The notes under the pieces are model-generated. The model was not told where the DNA came from and did no database searches. It worked only from the letters and a program-made list of their open reading frames with translations. 64,000 nucleotides of DNA from the NCBI GenBank assembly GCA_051745185.1, contig JBNJDV010000002.1, positions 7,136 through 71,135 on the forward strand, read 5' to 3'. This document shows, piece by piece, positions 1 through 10,097 of the stretch (positions are counted from its first letter, which is position 1; the number at the start of each line of letters is the position of its first letter). This stretch comes from Bacillota bacterium. Lineage in GTDB: Bacteria; Bacillota; Halanaerobiia; Halanaerobiales; M55B127. Both the position numbers and the translations under genes were made by a program.

Positions 1-1877
1 TCACCAGGACCTCTTATTTCTAAGTCAGCTTCTGATATTTTAAACCCATCATTTGTTTCTGTCATAACTTCTAATCGTCTTTTAGCTTCTTCTGTATTTG
101 GATTAGCTATAAGTATACAGTAAGCTTGTTTGTTACTTCTACCTACTCTTCCCCTCAATTGGTGAAGCTGTGCTAAACCAAATCTTTCAGCATTTTCAAC
201 AACCATGATATTAGCTGTTTTTACATCTACTCCAACTTCAATAACAGTTGTTGATATTAAGACATCAATATTTTGATTTACAAAATCACTCATTATCTTA
301 TTTTTCTCATCACTTTTCAACTGACCATGTAGAGCTTTAATATTAAATTCCTTCAAATATGTATTTTCTAAAAGTTCCTTAGTCTCTAATACTGATAAAG
401 CATCTAAATCCTCAGAGGGTTCTATTAAAGGACACACTACATAGACCTGTTCACCATTATTAATTTTATCTTTAATAAAACTATAAATTTTTCCTCTGCT
501 TTTTGAGGTTCTCCAGGTAGTAATTACTGGTTTTCTACCAGGAGGCATTTCATCAATAATAGATAAATCAAGATCCCCATACATTGTTAATGCTAATGAT
601 CTTGGGATAGGTGTAGCAGTCATTACTAATAAATCTGGATTTTTCCCTTTTTTCTTTAGTTTATATCTTTGTTCAACTCCAAATCTATGTTGTTCATCTA
701 TTACTATTAAACCTATATCTGAATAATCTACATCCTTTTGAAATAAGGCATGTGTGCCTATTATTAAATCAACTCTATTATTTTTTATTCTTTGAGTTAT
801 TTTATTTTTTTTAGAATCTTTTATACTTCCAATTAAAAGCTCAATATTATAATTGAAATCAGTCAACATTTTTTTTAGTTTGATATAATGTTGTTCAGCC
901 AATATCTCTGTTGGGGCCATTAATATTCCTTGATATCCGTTTTCTATAGTCTTTATCAAAGACATAACAGCCACCACTGTTTTACCTGATCCAACATCTC
1001 CCTGAAGTAATCTCTGCATAGGATGCTCTTTTTCCATATCGTTTTTGATTTCATCCCAAACATCAAGTTGAGCAACAGTTAACTTAAAATCAAGTTTATT
1101 AATAAATCGATTTAACTGGGCTTCTTTTTTTTCATGTTTGATTCCTGATTTTTTACGATAGTTTTTCTTTCGATTTAACATAATAATCTCAAATAGAAAA
1201 AGTTCTTCAAAAGCCAATCTGTTTCTCGCTTGAACAAAAGTGTTTCTGTCTTGAGGAAAGTGCATATTAAAAATCGCTTCTTTTATATTTACATAGTTAT
1301 ATTTATCAACAATATACTTAGGTAAAAACTCATTTAAATCATTAATATGTTCTTTTAAAGCTTGATAAATTATATATCTAATCCTTTTTTGAGTTATCCC
1401 TTCTGTCAGTGAATAAATTGGTACAACTCTTCCTGTATGAATTGTTGGCTTATCCTCTTTAATTTCTTCATATATCGGATTTAAAATCTCTTTTTTATTG
1501 TATTTAAAAAAACTTTTTTCATTTAACTGTCCATAAAGATTAAACCTTTTCCCTTTTTTAAAAACATCATTTAGATATGATTGATTAAACCAAGTACTAA
1601 CAACTGTATCAGTGCCGTCGCTAAAAGTTACTTTAAGTATTGATTTATATCTACCCCTTTTTATAAGGTTTTTATCAATAACTTTTACCTTTAAAGCTAT
1701 ATCTTCTTTAGGTCTAATAAATCTAATCTCTTTAAATTTTCCTCGATCTTCATAAGTCCTTGGAAAATAATAAAATAGATCTTCCAGTGAATTTATATCT
1801 AATTTATTAAGTTTTTTTTCAAACTTAGGTCCTACACCAGTTAAGAACCTAATCTCTTCATTATTAGATTTACTCAT
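1..1877 (-). CDS. recG: ATP-dependent DNA helicase RecG; N-terminal ~625 codons, the C-terminus runs off the left edge
   Basis: Reverse frame is open from the window edge to the ATG at 1875-1877. My translation gives N-terminus MSKSNNEEIRFLTGVGPKFEKKL, Walker A LLQGDVGSGKT (~965-1000), DEQH box IVIDEQHRFGV (~690-720) and edge peptide SEADLEIRGPGE. It is absent from the ORF track because the stop lies outside the window. The start overlaps the degV stop (GATGAGTAA). Confidence 0.9.
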   Translation of the reverse strand, partial: MSKSNNEEIRFLTGVGPKFEKKLNKLDINSLEDLFYYFPRTYEDRGKFKEIRFIRPKEDIALKVKVIDKNLIKRGRYKSILKVTFSDGTDTVVSTWFNQSYLNDVFKKGKRFNLYGQLNEKSFFKYNKKEILNPIYEEIKEDKPTIHTGRVVPIYSLTEGITQKRIRYIIYQALKEHINDLNEFLPKYIVDKYNYVNIKEAIFNMHFPQDRNTFVQARNRLAFEELFLFEIIMLNRKKNYRKKSGIKHEKKEAQLNRFINKLDFKLTVAQLDVWDEIKNDMEKEHPMQRLLQGDVGSGKTVVAVMSLIKTIENGYQGILMAPTEILAEQHYIKLKKMLTDFNYNIELLIGSIKDSKKNKITQRIKNNRVDLIIGTHALFQKDVDYSDIGLIVIDEQHRFGVEQRYKLKKKGKNPDLLVMTATPIPRSLALTMYGDLDLSIIDEMPPGRKPVITTWRTSKSRGKIYSFIKDKINNGEQVYVVCPLIEPSEDLDALSVLETKELLENTYLKEFNIKALHGQLKSDEKNKIMSDFVNQNIDVLISTTVIEVGVDVKTANIMVVENAERFGLAQLHQLRGRVGRSNKQAYCILIANPNTEEAKRRLEVMTETNDGFKISEADLEIRGPG

Positions 1878-2754
1878 CTAAATATTTACCACCCTTAAAA
1901 AGAATAATACCATATACAGAAGGTCCTGTATGACTACCTATAACAGGTCCAACATTATTTTCATAGTAATCATAATTGATCTTTTTTGAATTTAAATATT
2001 CTTGAAACTTGTTTTCAAACTCTGTCACATATTCATGCTCTCCATATAAAAGGCCAAACCAATATTTATTTTCAGATTCATTTTTAGCTACATAACTTTC
2101 AACATAGCTCACAAATTTTTTGTGAATATTTTTGTTTCCTCTTACTTTACCAATTGGTTCAACACTTGTTGAATTAAAGTCTAATTTTAAAATTGGCTTT
2201 AGATTAATTAAATTACCTATAAAAGATTCTGCCTTATTTATTCTTCCACCTTTTTGTAAATATGATAGATTATCAACTGTTAAATAAATTTTAATATCTT
2301 TACGAGCCATCTCCAATATATTAATTAACTTATCTAATTTGTAACCCATATTGATTAATTTTGCTGCTAATATTACTAAAAAGCCTAATCCCATAGAAGT
2401 AGATTTCGAGTCTATAATTGTAACATTAAATTCTGGATTTTCTTTTAATGCTAACTTCGCTGACTGTATTGTTCCACTTAAGTGTTCTGATAAATGTATT
2501 GAGAGAATGTGATCATATTGTTGATTTAATTTATCATATATTTCTGCAAACTCTCCAGCAGAAGGTTGAGAAGTTGTCGGCAGTTGATCTGTATTTTTTA
2601 TTTTTTTAAAAAACTGCTCTGATGTTATATCAACTTTATCCTTATACTGTTTATTTTCCAAACTAACTGTTAATGGAATTACATTAATATCATATTCATT
2701 TAATATATTTTCCGGTAAATCACATGTGCTGTCTGTTAAAATACCTATTTTCAT
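1870..2754 (-). CDS. degV: DegV family fatty-acid-binding protein (FakB-type)
   Basis: 294 aa. N-terminus MKIGILTDSTCDLP and overall length are typical of the DegV family. It lies directly downstream of the fakA homolog. Confidence 0.85.
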   Translation of the reverse strand: MKIGILTDSTCDLPENILNEYDINVIPLTVSLENKQYKDKVDITSEQFFKKIKNTDQLPTTSQPSAGEFAEIYDKLNQQYDHILSIHLSEHLSGTIQSAKLALKENPEFNVTIIDSKSTSMGLGFLVILAAKLINMGYKLDKLINILEMARKDIKIYLTVDNLSYLQKGGRINKAESFIGNLINLKPILKLDFNSTSVEPIGKVRGNKNIHKKFVSYVESYVAKNESENKYWFGLLYGEHEYVTEFENKFQEYLNSKKINYDYYENNVGPVIGSHTGPSVYGIILFKGGKYLDE

Positions 2755-2775
2755 TATTATTACCTCGCTTATTAT

Positions 2776-4464
2776 TTATTCTAGTGAAATTATATATGGA
2801 TAAAGTGGTTGACCCCCTTTATATATTTCTACCTCTGCATCACTAGCTCTTTCTGTAAATTTACTTTTTATCTCTTGAGCATCATCTTCTGTTGCTCCAT
2901 CTCCATAATAGATAGTTATTAAATCCTCATCTTCCCAATCATTTTCAATAAGTTCTTCTATAACCTCAAGTTCACTATTACCTACAGCTTTAATTATACC
3001 GTTAACTAAACCTAATACGTCATTTTCTTCAATTTCATAACCATTTACCTTTGAATTTTTTACAGCATGTGTAATTTCTATTGTTTTCACATTTGAAATT
3101 TCAGATTCCATATTATCCTTTAAGTCAGCTAATTCATCTTGGTCATTAAATACTAACAAAGCTGCAATAGCTTGTGGTATAGCTTTAGTTTCAACTACAC
3201 TTATATCTTTATCAGATAATGATGAAGCTTGTTGAGCAGCTGAGATTATATTTTTATTATTAGGTAGTATTATAACTTTATCTTGTTCGATTTTTTCTAA
3301 TGCATCTACAAAATCATTAATACTTGGATTCATAGACTGTCCACCATCAATAATTAAATCTACTCCTAGTTCCATAAGTATATTTTTGATTCCTTTGCCT
3401 TTTGCAACAGCTATAATACCAGTTTTTCTATTTAATTCTTTAACTTTAGAATTAATAATTAATTTTTCATCAAAATCTTCAGTGCTTTGCTCTTTTAAGT
3501 TTTCATATTCTTCCATTTGTTTCATCTCATGTTTTTCTCTCATTTCAGCATTTTGCAGTCTCATATTATCAATTTTGATATCTTCTAGGCTGCCTGTTTT
3601 TAATGCATATTCAAGTATTATTCCAGGATGATTGGTATGAATATGGATTTTAATAATTTCTTCATCTCCTACTACCATAAGTGAATCTCCAAACTGTTCT
3701 ATATCATTTTTAATTTCTTCAATTTCAACAGATTTATCTTTAACATTGATTAAAGTTTGAGTACAGTAACCATATTTTAAATCAACTTCTTCTTCAGAAA
3801 CATCTCTTTTGGCTGCTCTAGGTTCAGTAACCTCTACTTTTCCGGATAAACCTTCTCTCATACCTTCTAAAATTGTTAAATAACCCTGACCACCAGCATC
3901 TACTACACCCGCTTCTTTTAACTGTGGTAGCTGTTCAGGTGTTTTATTTAACGCTTTATGAGCACTTTCAATAACTTTTTTAAGTAATTGATCAATATCT
4001 TCAATATCTCTTAGGTCTTCTGCTCTTTTAGCTGCTTTTCTAGATACTGTTAAAATTGTTCCTTCAACAGGTTTTAAAACACCCTGATAAGCTATTCTTG
4101 CAGCCATTGATAATGATTTTATTAAATCTTCGTTACTCATTACTTTTTTATATTTATTTGCTTCTGAAAACCCTCTTAAAAGCTGAGATAATATAACACC
4201 CGAATTGCCTCTAGCTCCCATTAATGCTCCTTTTGAAAGAGCTTGTGTTAACTTATCAATTCTCTCAGATCCAGCCTGCTCTAAATTTTCTACTGCTTCC
4301 TGAAAGGTAAGTAACATATTAGTACCAGTATCACCATCGGGAACAGGAAAAACATTTAAGGAATCAATATATGACTGTTGGTTTTCAAGTCTGTTTAGTG
4401 CACCATAACACATCTTTTTAAATAATTTACCGTTTATTGTTTTTATTATCTCATTCTGTGCCAT
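2776..4464 (-). CDS. fakA: DAK2-domain protein of the YloV family (fatty acid kinase FakA)
   Basis: 562 aa. N-terminal INGKLFKKM...SLNVFPVPDGDTGTNM matches the Dak2/YloV signature. The asp23-yloV-recG neighbourhood is as in Bacillus and Staphylococcus. Confidence 0.85.
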   Translation of the reverse strand: MAQNEIIKTINGKLFKKMCYGALNRLENQQSYIDSLNVFPVPDGDTGTNMLLTFQEAVENLEQAGSERIDKLTQALSKGALMGARGNSGVILSQLLRGFSEANKYKKVMSNEDLIKSLSMAARIAYQGVLKPVEGTILTVSRKAAKRAEDLRDIEDIDQLLKKVIESAHKALNKTPEQLPQLKEAGVVDAGGQGYLTILEGMREGLSGKVEVTEPRAAKRDVSEEEVDLKYGYCTQTLINVKDKSVEIEEIKNDIEQFGDSLMVVGDEEIIKIHIHTNHPGIILEYALKTGSLEDIKIDNMRLQNAEMREKHEMKQMEEYENLKEQSTEDFDEKLIINSKVKELNRKTGIIAVAKGKGIKNILMELGVDLIIDGGQSMNPSINDFVDALEKIEQDKVIILPNNKNIISAAQQASSLSDKDISVVETKAIPQAIAALLVFNDQDELADLKDNMESEISNVKTIEITHAVKNSKVNGYEIEENDVLGLVNGIIKAVGNSELEVIEELIENDWEDEDLITIYYGDGATEDDAQEIKSKFTERASDAEVEIYKGGQPLYPYIISLE

Positions 4465-4816
4465 TACCTATTCTCACTCCCTGAACGTTTATATCGATAT
4501 TATTAACTTCAATTCCTACTCTATTTTTTAAAGTATATTTAACTCGCTCGATTATATTATTTGCAACCTCATGAATGTTTGTTCCATATTCAACAATAAT
4601 GTTTAATTCAATCTTAACTTCGTCGTCTTGTATTTCAACTGATACACCTTTACTTAAATTATCCCAACCTAATAAATCAGCTATACCATCCTGCATGTTT
4701 TTTGAAGACATACCTACAAGTCCATAGCATTCCATAGCTGAAAGGGCGGCTATATTTTCTATAACTTCTTCAGCAATTAATATTTTGCCAAAATTATTTT
4801 CAATCTCTTTACTCAT
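4451..4816 (-). CDS. Asp23/Gls24 family envelope-stress protein (YloU-like)
   Basis: Contains the Asp23-family core IAALSAMECYGLVGM. The likely true start is the ATG at 4816 (MSKEIENNF), 6 nt after AGAGGTG. The track start at 4825 is a GTG inside that RBS. Overlaps the fakA start by 14 nt. Confidence 0.85.
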   Translation of the reverse strand: MSKEIENNFGKILIAEEVIENIAALSAMECYGLVGMSSKNMQDGIADLLGWDNLSKGVSVEIQDDEVKIELNIIVEYGTNIHEVANNIIERVKYTLKNRVGIEVNNIDINVQGVRIGNGTE

Positions 4817-4845
4817 TTTTTTCACCTCTCTTTATATACATTGTA

Positions 4846-4874
4846 ATTTTACTATAGATTGATATATCTTGCAA
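4846..4874 (-). promoter_or_regulatory. Sigma-A type promoter for the asp23-fakA-degV-recG unit
   Basis: On the minus strand: TTGCAA (4869-4874), a 17-nt spacer, then TAAAAT (4846-4851), about 25 nt upstream of the RBS. Confidence 0.45.
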
Positions 4875-4944
4875 CATAGATAGTTTTTTCTACAAATTTC
4901 AGCTTTAAATTAAAGTTGCTTTATTCCATAATACAATAAATTAC

Positions 4945-4974
4945 TTGTCACACCCCTCTATTGTGTGTTAAAAT
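4945..4974 (+). promoter_or_regulatory. Sigma-A type promoter with extended -10 for rpmB
   Basis: TTGTCA (4945-4950), an 18-nt spacer ending in TGt, then TAAAAT (4969-4974). Divergent from the asp23 promoter. Confidence 0.5.
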
Positions 4975-5021
4975 AATATTTGACTGAAAAAAGTTATATT
5001 CAGATACAGGAGGTGTTACAA

Positions 5022-5252
5022 GTGGCCAAATATTGTGAAATATGCGGTAAAGGTAGTAATAATGCAAATAGAATCAGAAGACGTGGTAAAGCTAAGAAAA
5101 AAGGTGGAGTTGGTAGAAATGTAACAAGTGTTACAAGTCGCACCCAAAAACCCAACCTTCAAAAAGTTAAAGCGATTGTTGATGGAAAAAAACAAAAAGT
5201 TACTGTGTGTGCTAAATGTCTTAAAGCAGGTAAAGTTCAACGTGCATATTAA
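5022..5252 (+). CDS. rpmB: 50S ribosomal protein L28
   Basis: AGGAGG at 5010-5015 is followed by a GTG at 5022, giving [40 protein letters not shown]. The track ORF from 4980 is a 5' over-extension. Confidence 0.9.
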   Translation: MAKYCEICGKGSNNANRIRRRGKAKKKGGVGRNVTSVTSRTQKPNLQKVKAIVDGKKQKVTVCAKCLKAGKVQRAY

Positions 5253-5266
5253 TAGATTATTTTAAC

Positions 5267-5303
5267 GGGGTTTATTCATGATTAAATGGATAAACTCCTT
5301 TTT
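5267..5303 (+). terminator. Rho-independent terminator after rpmB
   Basis: Stem GGGGTTTAT (5267-5275) pairs with ATAAACTCC (5290-5298), with one G-U pair, followed by TTTTT. The T-run overlaps the stop codon of the convergent malic enzyme gene. Confidence 0.6.
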
Positions 5304-6516
5304 AATTTAAATTATTTATAATCTTTTCTTTAACGTTTTCAAAACTTACCTTTTTTCTTGTTAAACCTTTATCTATTGCTTCTTTGGCACAGGCTAAGGC
5401 AACCCCTTTTACAATTTCTTTATTAAATACATCTGGAATAATTCTATCTTTATCTAAGTTTTCCTTTCTTATTTCTGCAATTGCATGAGCAGCTTTAAGT
5501 TTCATGCCCTCACTTATTTCCTTTGCACCAACATCTAAAACACCTCTAAAAATACCAGGGAAAGCTAAAACATTATTAATCTGATTATTATAATCAGATC
5601 TACCTGTAGCAACTATATATGCTCCTGCATCTTTTGCAACTTGAGGATCTATTTCTGGATCCGGATTTGCTAATGCAAAAATAATTGGTTTTAAATTCAT
5701 TGATTTAACCATATCTTTATCTAAAAGATCTGAAGTAGATACACCAATAAATACATCAGATCCAACAATTACTTCTTTTAACTTTCCATTGTTTGTTTTC
5801 TTAGTTATTTTAGCTAGTTCATTAAGATACTTATCATTTCCTTCTCTATTATTATATACTACACCGTCAATATCTAAAACAGTAATGTTTTCAGCTCCGG
5901 CAACTTTAAGTAGTTTTGTTACAGCATAACCGGCAGCACCAGCACCAGTTATCACAATTTTAATATCTTCTATATTTTTATTAACTAATTTTAAGGCATT
6001 AATTAAACCAGCTAACACTACAACAGCAGTACCATGCTGGTCATCATGAAAAACTGGTATATTAAGTTTTTCTTTTAAACTTTTCTCAATTTCAAAACAA
6101 AACGGAGCTTTAATATCTTCCAAATTTATTCCTCCTAAAGAGGAGCTTAAATTTACTACATTTTGAATAAATTCTTTGTTATTATTTCTTTTTATACATA
6201 GTGGATATGCATCAACATTAGCAAACTCTTTAAATAATATTGCTTTACCTTCCATTACCGGCAGGGCAGCCTCTGGGCCAATATCTCCCAGACCTAAAAC
6301 TGCACTACCGTCAGTAATAACGGCAACACTATTACTTTTTATTGTGTAGTTATATAATTGATCTTTATCTTTTATAATTTCTTTACAGATTTCAGCTACT
6401 CCTGGAGTATAAAGTAAACTGAGGTCATGTTTGTTTTCAATTTTATATTTATTTTTTATAGATAGTTTACCTTGAAGTTTTTTATGTAGTTTAAGTGCTT
6501 CATTACTATAATCCAT
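5302..6516 (-). CDS. NAD(P)-dependent malic enzyme (short ~400 aa type)
   Basis: Motifs LLYTPGVAE and the Rossmann motif [11 protein letters not shown]. 404 aa. Confidence 0.9.
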   Translation of the reverse strand: MDYSNEALKLHKKLQGKLSIKNKYKIENKHDLSLLYTPGVAEICKEIIKDKDQLYNYTIKSNSVAVITDGSAVLGLGDIGPEAALPVMEGKAILFKEFANVDAYPLCIKRNNNKEFIQNVVNLSSSLGGINLEDIKAPFCFEIEKSLKEKLNIPVFHDDQHGTAVVVLAGLINALKLVNKNIEDIKIVITGAGAAGYAVTKLLKVAGAENITVLDIDGVVYNNREGNDKYLNELAKITKKTNNGKLKEVIVGSDVFIGVSTSDLLDKDMVKSMNLKPIIFALANPDPEIDPQVAKDAGAYIVATGRSDYNNQINNVLAFPGIFRGVLDVGAKEISEGMKLKAAHAIAEIRKENLDKDRIIPDVFNKEIVKGVALACAKEAIDKGLTRKKVSFENVKEKIINNLN

Positions 6517-6520
6517 CGGA

Positions 6521-7069
6521 TTACCTCAATTCATTATAGTTGTTTTGTCCTTCTTCATATAAATCATTGCCATAACTATCATTAATTACAACCAATGGAA
6601 ACTTACTTACTTTGAGCAGTCGAATAGCTTCTGTATTTAATTCAGGATAGGCAACAATCTTTGAATCAATAATTGTTTTTGACAATAAGGCGGCAGCACC
6701 ACCTGTGGCTGCAAAATAGACAGCATTATTTTCTACTATTGACTTTTTTACTTCTTTTGAACGTGGACCTTTACCAATCATCCCTTTAAGACCATTTTTT
6801 AGAAGTATTGGTGTAAATTTATCCATGCGATAACTTGTTGTTGGACCACAAGCTCCTATAGCCTGACCCGGCTTTGAAGGTGCAGGACCAGTGTAATAGA
6901 TAACTGCATCCTTTAGGTCAATCGGTAACTTTTTGTTATTTTTTATAAGATTAAATAATTTTTGATGAACCTGGTCACGAGCTGTATATACATAACCACT
7001 TAAATATATCCTATCTCCGGTTTTTAGCTTTTTTATTTTTTTATCTGTAAGAGGTGTCTCTATATTCAT
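6521..7069 (-). CDS. Class I (Fe-S) fumarate/tartrate hydratase, beta subunit
   Basis: Contains GACGPTTSYRMD and the C-terminal domain of the two-subunit class I hydro-lyase. The ATG at 7069 follows AGGTGA; the track GTG at 7078 lies inside the RBS. Confidence 0.85.
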   Translation of the reverse strand: MNIETPLTDKKIKKLKTGDRIYLSGYVYTARDQVHQKLFNLIKNNKKLPIDLKDAVIYYTGPAPSKPGQAIGACGPTTSYRMDKFTPILLKNGLKGMIGKGPRSKEVKKSIVENNAVYFAATGGAAALLSKTIIDSKIVAYPELNTEAIRLLKVSKFPLVVINDSYGNDLYEEGQNNYNELR

Positions 7070-7082
7070 TTTTATCACCTAG

Positions 7083-7913
7083 TTATATAGTAATTGAAAT
7101 ATGACGTGAAGCATGACAGTTAATATTAACTGCTACAGGCAGAGAAGCGATGTGGCAAGGGTAAGTTAAGACCTTTACATCCAAAGCCGTTACAGTGCCT
7201 CCTAGGCCCGCTGGTCCTATTCCAGTTTTGTTTACTTCATTGAGTATCTTTTGTTCGAATTTCTTTACTTCATTGTTATTTTCTTTATCTGATACCAAAG
7301 CCTTTTTAGAAAGCATAGCAGCTTTTTCAAATGTTCCACCAATCCCAATACCTAAAATATATGGAGGACAGGCATTTGCCCCTGCTTTTTTAACGGTATC
7401 AATAATAAATTTTAATATTTCAGCTTTGGAAGCAGTAGGATTAAACATCTTTATTCTACTCATATTTTCACTGCCAGCACCTTTAATTAAAACTTTGAAA
7501 TTTAACTTATTTCCAGATACCCATTCTGTATATATTACAGCTGGAGTATTATCACCAGTATTTTCACGATCAAAAGGATCTTTTACAACTGATTTTCTTA
7601 AAAAACCTTCGTTATATCCTATTTTAATACCAAAATTTATTGCTTCGAATAGATCTCCTTCAATAAAAACATCTTCACCAATTTCTGCAAAAATAACTAC
7701 AATTCCGGTATCCTGACAGATTGGTATTTTTTCACCTTCTGCAATTTTAGCATTTTTTATTAACTCTTTTAATATATCTTTTCCCAACATAGATTTTTCA
7801 TTTTTTAAAGCATGCTTAAACTTGTCTAACAAATCTTCACTTATGGAAAAATTTGCAGTTTTAACTGCTTGCGCTATTTCTTTTGTTATAATTTCTTGAT
7901 CTATTTTTCTCAT
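7083..7913 (-). CDS. Class I (Fe-S) fumarate/tartrate hydratase, alpha subunit
   Basis: Contains the cluster-ligand region IPICQDTGIVVIF. 276 aa, 4 nt upstream of the beta subunit. Confidence 0.85.
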   Translation of the reverse strand: MRKIDQEIITKEIAQAVKTANFSISEDLLDKFKHALKNEKSMLGKDILKELIKNAKIAEGEKIPICQDTGIVVIFAEIGEDVFIEGDLFEAINFGIKIGYNEGFLRKSVVKDPFDRENTGDNTPAVIYTEWVSGNKLNFKVLIKGAGSENMSRIKMFNPTASKAEILKFIIDTVKKAGANACPPYILGIGIGGTFEKAAMLSKKALVSDKENNNEVKKFEQKILNEVNKTGIGPAGLGGTVTALDVKVLTYPCHIASLPVAVNINCHASRHISITI

Positions 7914-7925
7914 AATATTCCCCTA

Positions 7926-8570
7926 TTAACATTTTTGACATATAAAAAATAATAACTTGCCTTCACCAACATCTATTAATGCTTTATCTTCTATAATCAC
8001 ATTACTTATCCCTCGACTGCTTTCTCTTTTTAAAGTATAATTGTCTAATTCATATTTAAAACCACTTAGCTTATTTATAATAGTATCTTCAGTTAATGAG
8101 AAAATTGAAAGGGTATAGCCCTTTTTGTTTTTTATAATCTTTGTTTTATCAACTATACCAACTTGAAGTCCTGGTTCTATTATTTTTGCATTAATTCCAT
8201 TTATTAAAGCATAATCTAGAAGTATTATATTTCCATACTGTTGGTCTATCCTACCACCTGTTGCTCCTATTATACTTATATTCTTTATATTGTTATTTTT
8301 ACAGTAATCAATGGCTAATTCACCATCAGTTTTATCCTTATCACTACTGAATTCAAAGATTTCACCATCAAAATCTTTTAACATTTTTGAATCTCGTTGT
8401 AAAGAATCAAAATCACCAATTATAGTATCTGGTTCCTTTTTTGTAATTTTTTTAAAAAATTTATAGCCGCCATCCACTGCTATAATATTATTATAGGATT
8501 CGATTAATCTAAAAAACTCTTTCTTATTTTCAATATTTACTCCGTTAAGTACAATTAGAGTTTTTTTCAT
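7926..8570 (-). CDS. thiN: Thiamine pyrophosphokinase
   Basis: GDFDS motif (TIIGDFDSLQ). 214 aa. Its position after rpe matches B. subtilis yloS. Confidence 0.85.
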   Translation of the reverse strand: MKKTLIVLNGVNIENKKEFFRLIESYNNIIAVDGGYKFFKKITKKEPDTIIGDFDSLQRDSKMLKDFDGEIFEFSSDKDKTDGELAIDYCKNNNIKNISIIGATGGRIDQQYGNIILLDYALINGINAKIIEPGLQVGIVDKTKIIKNKKGYTLSIFSLTEDTIINKLSGFKYELDNYTLKRESSRGISNVIIEDKALIDVGEGKLLFFICQKC

Positions 8571-8576
8571 TTGAAA

Positions 8577-9227
8577 TCAACTACTTCCCAAGATCTTTCT
8601 AAATTTGTCTAGATTATCTTCAGGATTACCTTTGAAAATTTTTGATCCACTTACTATTAGATCTGCACCAGCCTCTGCAACTTCTTTGATATTATCAAAA
8701 TTGATACCACCATCTATTTCTATTATGGTATCTGTTTTACTTTTTTCAACCATCTCTTTTAACCTTTTTAATTTATCTAAAGAGCTTTGAATAAACTTCT
8801 GCCCTCCAAATCCGGGGTTTACAGACATCAGTAAAACTAAATCAACATCATCAATAATATATTTCAATGTATTTAAATCTGTGCCGGGATTAAGGCTAAC
8901 ACCAGCTTTACAATCTTGATTTTTTATCATTTGAACTGCTCTATGAATGTGATTAGTTGCTTCAACATGTACAGTTATTATATCACTGCCCGCTTCGGCA
9001 AATTCTTTAATATATTTTTCTGGTTCTACAATCATTAAATGGGTATCAAAGATCTGATTACTATAGGGTCGTATAGATTTAATAACCAGTGGACCGTAAG
9101 TAATGTTTGGAACAAACCTTCCATCCATTATATCTAAATGAAGATACTTTGTAGAACTTACCTTATCTACTTCTTCTTTTAAATTACTAAAGTCTGCTGC
9201 TAAAATTGATGGTGCAAAATTAACCAT
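8577..9227 (-). CDS. rpe: Ribulose-phosphate 3-epimerase
   Basis: MVNFAPSILAADF...HLDIMDGRFVPN is the classic Rpe N-terminus. An alternative start at 9236 is possible. Overlaps the rsgA stop. Confidence 0.9.
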   Translation of the reverse strand: MVNFAPSILAADFSNLKEEVDKVSSTKYLHLDIMDGRFVPNITYGPLVIKSIRPYSNQIFDTHLMIVEPEKYIKEFAEAGSDIITVHVEATNHIHRAVQMIKNQDCKAGVSLNPGTDLNTLKYIIDDVDLVLLMSVNPGFGGQKFIQSSLDKLKRLKEMVEKSKTDTIIEIDGGINFDNIKEVAEAGADLIVSGSKIFKGNPEDNLDKFRKILGSS

Positions 9228-10083
9228 ATATATCATCCTCTTTTTCTTTTAATTCTTGAAATATCTTTTTATAACTTTGATATCTTGAATCATAAATTAA
9301 ATTTTCTTTTACTTTTCTTTTAACTTCACAACCAGGTTCATGGGTATGAGTACAGGTATTAAACTTGCATCTATTGTTATATTCTTCAAACTCTGGAAAG
9401 TAGTATCTAAGTTCATCAGATTCAATATTTTCTATATTAATACTAGTGAATCCAGGCGTATCAACAATATATCCCTTACTAGAAAGAGGAATAAGCTCTA
9501 CGTGACTTGTAGTATGAACACCTCTATTTAATTTCCGACTTACTTCTTTTGTAGGAATTTCACTATCTTTTACTATACTGTTAATTAAGGTTGATTTACC
9601 ACTACCACTAGGACCTGCAATAACAGATATATAGTTTTCTAATTCTCGATAAAGTTTATCTAATCCCAAATGATTTTTAGCACTTATAAAAAAAATCTTA
9701 TACCCAATATCATTATATTTATATAATCTTTCTTTGAACTCTTCTAAATTATCCACTAAATCTATTTTATTAAAAACCAATAAGGGTTTTAGACCTGATG
9801 ATTCCGCCATTAAAATAAATCTGTCTAATAATTTCTCGTCTAAAGGAGGATTTTTTAGTGAATGCATTAAAAGTACCTGTTCAACATTAGCAACCTTAGG
9901 TCTCTCTAATAAATTTTTTCTTGATTTTACAGATTCTACAATTTCCTCTTTTGGATCAATTACTGCAATATCACCTGGATATACATTCTTTTGTATCTTT
10001 CCTCTAATTCTACACTTGTGAACTTCTCCGTTGGTTTTTACAAAGAAAAACCCACCTAGTGTTTTTGTAATAATACCCTCCAT
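9220..10083 (-). CDS. rsgA: Ribosome small-subunit biogenesis GTPase RsgA (CpgA/YloQ)
   Basis: Circularly permuted GTPase: NKIDL precedes GPSGSGKSTLIN. Has the C-terminal zinc knuckle CKFNTCTHTHEPGC. Confidence 0.9.
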   Translation of the reverse strand: MEGIITKTLGGFFFVKTNGEVHKCRIRGKIQKNVYPGDIAVIDPKEEIVESVKSRKNLLERPKVANVEQVLLMHSLKNPPLDEKLLDRFILMAESSGLKPLLVFNKIDLVDNLEEFKERLYKYNDIGYKIFFISAKNHLGLDKLYRELENYISVIAGPSGSGKSTLINSIVKDSEIPTKEVSRKLNRGVHTTSHVELIPLSSKGYIVDTPGFTSINIENIESDELRYYFPEFEEYNNRCKFNTCTHTHEPGCEVKRKVKENLIYDSRYQSYKKIFQELKEKEDDIYG

Positions 10084-10097
10084 TAATAACCTCCCAT

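Noticed and set aside
4980-5021. 5' extensions of track ORFs: rpmB from 4980, rqcH from 25677, ylmD from 43075, ftsL from 57661, fmt from 15528, asp23 from 4825, fumB from 7078.
   Set aside because: In each case a better start lies downstream, with a properly spaced SD and a canonical family N-terminus. Several track starts are GTG or TTG codons located inside the SD itself. The ylmD extension would run through a terminator hairpin.
7195-7716. Long (173 aa) plus-strand ORF antisense to fumA. Similar antisense ORFs occur at 43361-43798 (ftsZ), 44774-45112 (ftsA), 29800-30087 (EF-G2) and 60294-60647 (LtaS-like).
   Set aside because: All lie fully inside well-supported genes on the other strand. 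Their translations are low-complexity Ser/Pro/Ile/Phe-rich strings with no motifs, and none has an RBS. They are typical shadow ORFs opposite Gly/Ala/Glu-rich coding frames.
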